From positions 1 to 64,000 of the forward strand of contig ADNK01003173.1 of NCBI GenBank assembly GCA_000320545.1: 64,000 nucleotides of DNA, written 5' to 3'. Both the position numbers and the translations under genes were made by a program. The notes under the pieces were generated by a model. The model saw only the letters and a list, made by a program, of their open reading frames with translations, ran no database searches and was not told the origin of the DNA. Position 1 is the stretch's first letter; the number at the start of each line of letters is the position of its first letter. The DNA comes from Bigelowiella natans CCMP2755. Its lineage: Eukaryota; Protista; Cercozoa. Positions 53,265 to 64,000 of the stretch are shown piece by piece.

Positions 53265-53940
53265 ATTCAAGTCGGAAAAGATTGTCGTTGAACAAAAACA
53301 TCATGCTTTCTTGAACAATGAGGGCTCGGTCGCTTCACCATCATTCGTTCATGCCTCGTTGTTTTCAGCTCGAGGCCTGCTTTTGGTGCAGGATTGCATG
53401 GCAAGTGGTCACGTGTGTGTGTGGAATCGTGCGACGCTCACACGTTGCACACACACCACCTGCTGTCACTGCGCATGCTTGGTGCCCTTTGTGCTCTGCA
53501 GATTGGGTTGGCCAGTGGATGCGAAGCGACACACCCAGCTAGCCAGTTTTTCGCAAAGATCCACACTCATTGATTGACAAAGTTGAGGAGGAGGCTCTGG
53601 TTGCATCTGATGATTCTTTTGACCTGAAAGTTCTTCACTCGTCAACTGTTACATTCACTCGATCACCGTTGCACTTCACGACGAGACGTCAATGCTCTCC
53701 AACGGCTTGACATTGCAGGAGTTTTCATGCAACGAACCCCCTTCATCTAGTCATGCACGTGGCATCTTTGCTAGTTACATGCTGGCATGCTGGGTGGTAC
53801 ATTTCGAAATGATCGAATCTCTCCTCAAACCCCTCACCAAGACGTGCAGTAGGATGCGCATGGTGAGCATGCAATGGTGACGGCGACTGAGCAACGCGTG
53901 TGATCGAACAAACCTAGAAACGCAATCTCACGATCGAGAA
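53265..53940. other. TpA-erased intergenic island
   Basis: No TA in 53265-53539; then four CTAG and four other TA up to 53940. Confidence 0.85.
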
Positions 53941-54286
53941 TATTTTATTTCGAAGAGGGAAGTATGAACTTGCGTAGCGGCAGGCCTGCGCAGCTTCCGC
54001 TTCATGCATGCGCTCATTCACATCATCTGTGACGGAGCTAGCCACGGAACGCGACACATCCATGGCTGAGATCAGCACATACGGCACACAGTTGCAGTGA
54101 GCAAGTCCGTGCTCAATAGGGGGCACCTGTAACATCAGACACTGTTGTTGCTCCATGGAGCTGAACGTGCTGGCTTCCATCGCATGCTACAATGCTGAAA
54201 AAGCGCCGCCTCTTTCTTTGCTTGTGCCATCATCTTGGTTTCAAACACTGTCAAGCAAGTCTTGAAGGGTTCCATATGCACATCAA

Positions 54287-56940
<2,654 letters not shown>

Positions 56941-57256
56941 TTGCTGCAGTTGAGTCCTCTAATGGGCAGACCGAACCAGGCACCGAGGTTGGAATCGATG
57001 GATTGCCACGAAGGACGGAGAAAAAGAAATGCGAAATTATACTACGACACAATGAAATCCTTGTCGCTCAATACAAGCTAAATCCTCTCCCAAAGGCGGT
57101 GCGCGTTGGGGAAATTTCAGGCCTTTAATTCACCGAAGCTGGTTGGCTGGAGAGCTCGAAAGCCTTCCGTTTCTTTACGCGACATCGCACAAAGGCGATT
57201 TAAACCTCAAATTTCCAAGTTTCATGCTACATAGCGGACGGCTCCTTGCACCACTA

Positions 57257-58050
57257 CCACTTGCAGCAATCGGGGCTTTGGAACAAGTTCCGGGATTCCC
57301 GAACCGCGGATTGCAGGATCTTGATGGTGAATTTCACATTGTCACCTGGCCTGATGGCCTGTGCTTGGTCCAACTGCCTTGGTCGCTGGGTTCGATTGGG
57401 ATGTTGAAGTTGAACACGAATCACGAATTTTGAATCTTGCACTTCGCTGGGACTCGCCCCACCAAGGTCATTTGCCTCCGTGTCAGTGTTGTGGCCGGCG
57501 GGTGTGAGACAAACCCTCACCAATTCTTGGAGTTTTGATTGTTTGTGTGACTGGATTGAGGAGGGCATGGACGAGTCAGCGTGCACACACTGCTCCAGTG
57601 GAAACACTCTTCTTCTTTTCACTTTTGATGATCTGGAGGTGACAATTCCCGGAATTGCGCTTTGCATGGAGGGGAGGAGGGGGTGTTTTCTCTGGATCAG
57701 GCCCTCCAGGCGTGGCGCGGGAGTGGAGCGTTGAATTGGGTTTGGAGCACCTCCGGCCGCGTGACCGTGGGCTTCGCCAGACTCCAGACTGTTGGGATGA
57801 CACCGAGGTCGTTCGTCGATGACACGCAGGCCGTGAGTTCGAAGAGGACATCATTGCATTGTTTCTTCTTGCCTCTCGTTTTTTCTTCTTTTTCGATTCT
57901 CCGCCTTCAGTTCTTCTTCTTCGTCGATCTTCGACAAATTTTGTCGATTCTTGTTCTTCGCCCTTGGGTCACCTCCTAGCACTTCGTGCTTCTTGATCGC
58001 TCTCGTGGCACTCGCTCGTGGCAGGCTCAGTTCTTCTTGTTCGTTGCTTC
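57257..58050 (-). pseudogene. Possible decayed coding sequence of unknown family within the TpA-free island
   Basis: Complex, coding-like sequence (charged E/K/R stretch followed by DVLFELTACVSSTNDLGVIPTVWSL...) broken by TGA stops, with no Tyr codons. Confidence 0.4.
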
Positions 58051-58379
58051 CTTCCTGCACAGCTGTCATCCAGTCATGGCAACTGAACATGCTTGCTGTG
58101 GTCCGAGTGATGGCACAATTACACAAAGCTGAACTTGCTCGCACAGCTGCGTGCGTGTTTGCGTCACGGAATGATGCAACCGCACCCGGCTTTCGAGCAC
58201 GTCGTCCGCACGCTAGCACGCTCCAGTGCTAGCACCTGACACGGCTCGTGACAGCTCGCTCACCCGCCATGCTGGTTGCAGCATGTGCATGTGCATCACT
58301 CACTGCTAGATGTGATCTAGGACAGGCAGTGCCACACACCGGCTTATTCCATGTGCAGCTAGCACAGCTAGACAGCCCA
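57257..58379. other. TpA-erased intergenic island (continues at 60861-61030 beyond the retrotransposon)
   Basis: No TA in 57257-57976; then seven CTAG and two other TA up to 58379. Confidence 0.92.
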
Positions 58380-58705
58380 TGTAGCGCGTACCACTACGCG
58401 GGCACAAGTCACGTGCGACAACAAAGGGGTTGTCGCGGATATAGAATATAGATAACGTAGATATTAATACAGCATAGGCACGTGGGTTCCGGCGGGACTC
58501 ATGGCAGCACACCGGAAGTGTGCTGCCCCACGTGCGGCGGCATTCGCGAAAGCTTCGCGAATGATTACGCAGTGCACGATTTAATAAAAATATAATCTTT
58601 AATAAAAATAAACACAACTCTTCAAAAGGAAGCAAACGTGCCTTCCCCCCCCCCTGCCTACTTGTGCACGTAGCGCCTCGGCCTGTGAACACCTTACGCG
58701 CAACA
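58380..58705 (+). repeat. 5' LTR of copy 2
   Basis: One T/C difference from the copy 1 LTRs (58645). Confidence 0.96.
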
Positions 58706-58744
58706 ACCTTTGGCTTCCACACACGGGAAACGATTTGACTAACA

Positions 58745-60859
58745 ATGTCACAGCAGCTAGAAGAACAGCAGGACTTTGGCTCGCAGGCCGTGCAAGGGCA
58801 CGAGCAGAAACAGGAAAGGAAGGGCGATACGGACGCTAAGGAAGGAGGAGGAACACCTCCACAGGCACCGCCGGGACCAGCACCCGGGATTAAGAAAGCA
58901 GATGCAGCAGCAGAGGCACTGGAGAACTTCTACGAGGCGGACGACGAGGACGTGGCCGCCGAAAGCAAGAAGGTCGTAATGGCATTACGAGCCTTGCGAC
59001 CCAGGGCGAGCAACTACGCCAAACTGAAAGTATCGATAGAATACAAGTATCAGACACATGATGTTTGGGCAGCTATCATGCAGGACATCATGGATTACGA
59101 AGCAGACTTACCTCCAGAGTGGGCAGCTTTGTTTAGGAACGACGGGGGTCTGGGCGCCTCGCGGGGGACGACCCAGAGCACCGTCAAGCAGCAGCAGCCG
59201 GTACAGCGGAACACCCAGTTCATGTCTGTTAAAACAGCACCGGTTATGATAACGAAATACAACGGGAAAAGAGGTGAGGCAAGGAGGTGGTGGAAGAACG
59301 CTAGGAGTATACTCTGCGACTTTACCCCTAACCCCACCGAAAACGACAAGCTCAAATGGCTAGCTATAATAAAGCAAGCCATGGACCTTTACGAGACAGG
59401 CAGGACCCGGATCAGGCAGCTAGAGAAAATACACACTACAGTTAGTGGGCTACGAGACGTTGAGGCGATAATGAAGGCTTTTGTAAATGAACAGGATGCT
59501 AACTCCCTACCCCAGGCTATTAGAAAATACAGAGCAATGATGCAGCATGAGAGAGAACCTGTTAGAGACTTTGCCACGCGCTTCCAGGATATGATCGACG
59601 AACTACATGATTTTAATTACAACACAGGTGATGATCAGGCAAGGTTTGAAGAGTTCAAGTTAAAGATAAAGGAATCCACTTACGTTACGGAGAAAGGCTA
59701 CACCACGATGGAGGCAGCAGTGCAGGCTATATCCCTACGCGAGCAGGAGCAGGACCGCAAGTTTACCAGCCCTAAGGTACCTGGCATAGGAAACATTAAC
59801 GCTATTAAGCCGCAGCGAGACTGGTACAAGGACAGGGAAGGTAACCGACGTTGCGGATACTGCTCACGTAAAGGGAAACACACCGCTAAAGACTGCAGAG
59901 ACAGGAAAGAAGGACGACCCAGGATGACGATCAGGCAGCTCAACGAACACTACGAGAAGTTAAAGAGAAAGAAAGGCAGAGGACAAGGATATAACAACAG
60001 CAAATGGCAAGGCAGCAACAACGGGAAGAACAATAAATATAAGAACAAAAAGCAGAACAGTATCAATGCTATACAGCAGCAGATAAACGGAATATTAGAT
60101 CACCTTAAGCAGGCGCCGACGAAGACAGCAGTACCAGCAACGCAGGACCAAGACAAGCCCATGACCCTAGACGACATAAAGAACTTAGGAGTATGCAACA
60201 TTAATGACGAAGACGCTAACAGGACTATCAAAGTTGCTATGACCAAGGTTAAAGTTAAAGACAGCTACGGAGACTACAAGAAACTACCTGCCCTTTGGGA
60301 TAGTGGCAGCATGCCGAAGTCCTTCATAAGCCTAAGCACAGTAAGAAGGTTAGGACTATTGGATCAAGTGACTAAGAAAGAACGTAAATATGCTCAAGCA
60401 GACGGAAGCTCTTCCATGAAGACCGTCGGTGAGCTAATGCTAAAGCTACAGATACCTGGCAGCGACGCGGAGACCCAAATCAAGACCCGAGTAGCCATGA
60501 CTTTATCCATGGAACTACTCCTCGGACAGGATGCCCTAGAAAAATTAGGGGGGATCATATCATTCTACAATCACAAGATATACTTTGCTAAGTTGCCAAA
60601 GAAGTCAGGCAGGACCATCAGCCAGAACATGATACGGCTTGACGAGTGGACCTCTGAGTCAAGCGTTAATGCGTTAGAGTTTATGGACCTAGCGGACAAC
60701 AAGCTACCTACACCTACCGAGCTACGGAAGAAGAACCCCGGCAAGACCATCCGACAGATAACGGAGCTACTGGACAAGACCCCCCCAGCTGATGATTGGG
60801 ATATCGACAAAGGCAAAAAGTACATTAATAAAACAAAAAGTACATTAATAAAATATTAA
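58745..60859 (+). CDS. Uninterrupted Gag-protease ORF (704 aa), truncated before RT
   Basis: CAG at 59174-59176 where copy 1 has TAG; Zn knuckle and DSG protease present; ends in a 20-bp duplication that frameshifts it. Confidence 0.9.
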   Translation: MSQQLEEQQDFGSQAVQGHEQKQERKGDTDAKEGGGTPPQAPPGPAPGIKKADAAAEALENFYEADDEDVAAESKKVVMALRALRPRASNYAKLKVSIEYKYQTHDVWAAIMQDIMDYEADLPPEWAALFRNDGGLGASRGTTQSTVKQQQPVQRNTQFMSVKTAPVMITKYNGKRGEARRWWKNARSILCDFTPNPTENDKLKWLAIIKQAMDLYETGRTRIRQLEKIHTTVSGLRDVEAIMKAFVNEQDANSLPQAIRKYRAMMQHEREPVRDFATRFQDMIDELHDFNYNTGDDQARFEEFKLKIKESTYVTEKGYTTMEAAVQAISLREQEQDRKFTSPKVPGIGNINAIKPQRDWYKDREGNRRCGYCSRKGKHTAKDCRDRKEGRPRMTIRQLNEHYEKLKRKKGRGQGYNNSKWQGSNNGKNNKYKNKKQNSINAIQQQINGILDHLKQAPTKTAVPATQDQDKPMTLDDIKNLGVCNINDEDANRTIKVAMTKVKVKDSYGDYKKLPALWDSGSMPKSFISLSTVRRLGLLDQVTKKERKYAQADGSSSMKTVGELMLKLQIPGSDAETQIKTRVAMTLSMELLLGQDALEKLGGIISFYNHKIYFAKLPKKSGRTISQNMIRLDEWTSESSVNALEFMDLADNKLPTPTELRKKNPGKTIRQITELLDKTPPADDWDIDKGKKYINKTKSTLIKY

Positions 60860-61215
60860 ACCCATGGTTAGACAGCCAGCATGACATGATGCATCCACAG
60901 GCGCTCAGCTTTCATCAGTGTGCACGTGCGCAATCTTGTGTGAGCGAGCAACGGTTGAGCACACATGCGATGGGTGTGCGCGGCAGTGCGTTCAGCCTAC
61001 GGGCATGCACAATGCAAGCATTCGCAGCTAGCTGTATTTTATTTGCATTTGTGTGATTGACAACAAAAGAGCAATAGAGAGCACATTCGACAGCTTAATT
61101 GACACCGCCACTCAAGAGTTTTCGTTAGTCTAACGTATCATTAAAACCATGTAGGCAAACATCGACCCTTGCATCCACAGACAGGGAGTAGGTTGAAATT
61201 GCACGCGAAAGTGTG

Positions 61216-63430
61216 TCATTTGCCCTTGTCCTCCAATCTACTACCGTGACTGTTCCCCTTTTTCATAGGAGGAGGTTGTCGAATACTCTTCGTGTAATGA
61301 TTACTATTAGAAGAGCTGTGCGAGCCTGGTATATACGTGGAAGTCGGCAGGGGCTGTGGTGAGTGCTGCACTTGTGGATGAAGACCTCTCTGCTGATAAC
61401 TTGCACCTACATTAGGTGAAACCCTAAATCTACTGTTGACTGAGACCGGTTCAACATTTCGAAGCAGCGTTGGTGGTTGCTGTCGTATGATTCTCCCCTG
61501 GGGTGGCTGGATTCCACTGCCACTGTTGCTGCTTGCTTGACCCTGCACTTTCTGTAATCCCCTATATGGACCCTGAAGACACCGAATGATTAGGCAACAA
61601 AATTATAGAAATCCGAATGTTAATCAATTGAACAATGAATAAACTAGACATGTAAAGGCGGTAAAGGAAACGAGCTTGGCTTTTCAAGGGGCATTTTAAT
61701 TTTTTCCAATCACTATTTTTTATACTCGTACCATTCCTGGGTTGAGAGGCAACTGGTTGGGATGCTGTTGCTGTGGAAGTGGTTGCCGTATCCTCCCTTC
61801 TCCCAGGTTGCTGCCGTACAGTTTATAGGCTGGGTATCCACCATGCAAATGCATTTGTGCTTCAATTCCGCCAACAGGGATCGTCTGAGATTGAGAGTGG
61901 TTCGGGGGTTGGCCATAGTATCTGATACCTTCTACATATGACGGGCCTCTTCCGTAAGGGGCTCGCATATACTGCGGTTGCTGTGCAAACATGTAGGACA
62001 CATTAGTTGCACAAATAGGAAAAAGCGTCCAATGTAGCTTCATCGATCCACTAACAGGATATTACGATGGCGCATTCCAATAAAATTGTATCACAAATGT
62101 AAATGCTTAGTTGTTAATTTAAGTTGGAACATCTTTTCCTACCTCGAATCGCCTCTCCATAGCAATCAGGCTTTCATTACTTTTGGCTTCTCTATGCATA
62201 CCCATTTGGTAACCGAGATTGGAAATATACGACGGATGCACACCTCCGTGTCGCACACCTCCGTGTTGGCGACTATGCAAAACAAATTGTTCCCAGTCAA
62301 TGTGCATGAACGTACGAGTGAAGATTATCATAAAAGCACAACTACACAACGAAGTACCGAGCCATCTCGCCGCCAAACCTCTCGTATGATGTTGGATCTA
62401 AGTGCTGCAGCCTTCCTCTGACAGTGAAAATAATGAGATTAGAGTCGACTACATTTATCAATTAGTTTCATTACCCTTGAGGCAAGTGATAGCTGTACTT
62501 CGGGTCATGCACTGGGAGTGCTGGTATTTGATGATGATACTGAGGTAGGTAGCCGCCGGGATACTGTAAAGAGGAAACAGGTGATTTGCAGTAAACGCAC
62601 AAAACCATCAAAAAGGCCTTCCAAATCGTATGCAATTTTCATACCTGATCTATCAGTTCCGGTTGATATGTCTTTAGCACTTGGTATCTCTATAATACAG
62701 TGCATTAGTTGCATAATCATAAAGTTGGGAAGTTCTTTTTCGGAGTTACCCGGGGGCCTAGCGGACCACCCATCATAGAACTCTGCATTTTCTTCCGCGA
62801 ATCCAGTTTCTCCTTATACATTCTTTTCTCTTTTTCGTATCTGGTCTTATCATACTCTGCAAGCTGGACGTATGGCTGAATAACACGGCATCTCAGTCTA
62901 ACACTGAATATCAATTTATGATGAAATAGCACCTGCTTCTCGTCCTTGCTCATGCCTCGCCAAGTTTTTCCAATCTTTTTTGCCATCTCCCGGAAATCAA
63001 GCTGATATACGGAAATTATCTACGTGTCAGATTAATTACGTCACAAAAAAATTTCTGGTTTTACACCTCTGAATCGCTAGGGCTCATCTCAGAGCGTTGC
63101 TTCACAACAAAAAATAGGTATGCTGACAGTGGATTTTTTGGTGCATCTGGATCTTTCGTTTTCTTCCGCTTCTTTTTTGTGCCAGATCCTACCGATTATC
63201 AAGTTTGTGAAAGGAGGGACACTCGCTTTCTGTATATAACTTTAGTAACCTCGTGAATCGTTGCTACTTTTCGGTGGCTGTTTTCTGACTTTTGATTTTG
63301 TGGCCTCAGGCTCAGGAACCGGGCTCCCTGCATGTGCAGGAGTAACAGATGCCTTTCCCAAAGACTCTTTCCCCTTTGTAGTAGGTTCGGTGGACGGGTT
63401 GCTTCCCTCTGCGGGAGGCGGCGATAGCAT
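61216..63430 (-). CDS. HMG-box protein with Q/P/G-rich C-terminal region, multi-exon
   Basis: KKTKDPDAPKNPLSAYLFF, FREMAKKIGKTWRGMSKDEKQ|PYVQLAEYDKTRYEKEK. Confidence 0.87.
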
Positions 63431-64000
63431 TGCCGTGGAGCTAATGATGAGTGGAGGGGACTACAATTGTGGCTCTGATTTTAGGGCGGAACGAGGCAAG
63501 ACGCTCACATAAAAGCCAAATGATAGGTCGGAATGCAGGGGGATATTTAAAAAAAAATGATAACTTTTCTGTTTTCATGCATGAATACTAAAATTCTCCT
63601 TTTCTTCATGTAGAACTGCATCTTAAATAAATAGTGGAAGATGCGACCTTAAACAAGATGAGGACTCTTCTAAATCAGTTCCGAATTTAATTTGAGAGTG
63701 TTTCGTGAAAGATGCATTCATTACGGTTAGAAATCTCCTCAATTTCTATGGATTTCTTCTTATGTCTAGGTGAATTATCTATAAATGAACAAATTAATAT
63801 ACAATTAAAGCTGCCTCAACGCTTAGGATTGGTGGGTACTTCTTAAAATCACACAAAAATCACACACATATAACGAACATATAACGAGGCTTTTCCAGAC
63901 GTTTTCAATTTCGTAATCCGTCAATTCCGGGGGCAGATTTGGATGGCGCCTCAGTATCCACACAAAATGGTCTATGCGACAAGATAAATTTGCTTCTTCC

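Larger units (their letters stand above)
58380..60860 (+). mobile_element. 3'-truncated copy of the same Ty3/Gypsy element (5' LTR, PBS, gag, protease)
   Basis: Near-identical to 17068-19529 (offset 41312); flanked by CCCA (58376-58379 / 60861-60864). Confidence 0.96.

Overview
Intron-rich eukaryotic nuclear DNA. It most likely comes from a chlorarachniophyte-type alga (inference: two nucleus-encoded thylakoid proteins, CYP38-like and cytochrome c6A, carry signal-peptide plus transit-peptide leaders, and c6A is a green-lineage protein). About 17 host genes are recognisable: FATP, 4CL-like ligase, CYP38, cytochrome b5, ABCG, amino-acid transporter, SNase, a kinase-7TM fusion, cytochrome c6A, PSMA3, rps8, MADS-box, a secreted orphan, cysteine synthase, PARG, a tail-anchored TPR protein and an HMG-box protein. 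There are also two very young copies of one Ty3/Gypsy LTR retrotransposon, one full length (17068-22783) and one 3'-truncated (58380-60860). The strongest unexplained signal is a set of sharply bounded intergenic islands from which the dinucleotide TpA has been almost completely erased: none in 16280-16934 or 57257-57976 by manual scan. Most surviving TpA sit in CTAG, CpG is retained, and TG/CA are enriched. This looks like a RIP-like TpA->TpG/CpA hypermutation process acting on non-transcribed DNA. Both retrotransposon copies sit inside such islands, and the element's integrase ends in a degenerate DIRS/Dam-type N6-adenine methyltransferase-like domain. A second highlight is a tyrosine-kinase-like domain fused to a PHTF/gustatory-receptor-like 7TM domain. 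Exon boundaries, dinucleotide counts and family assignments were made by eye and need computational confirmation.
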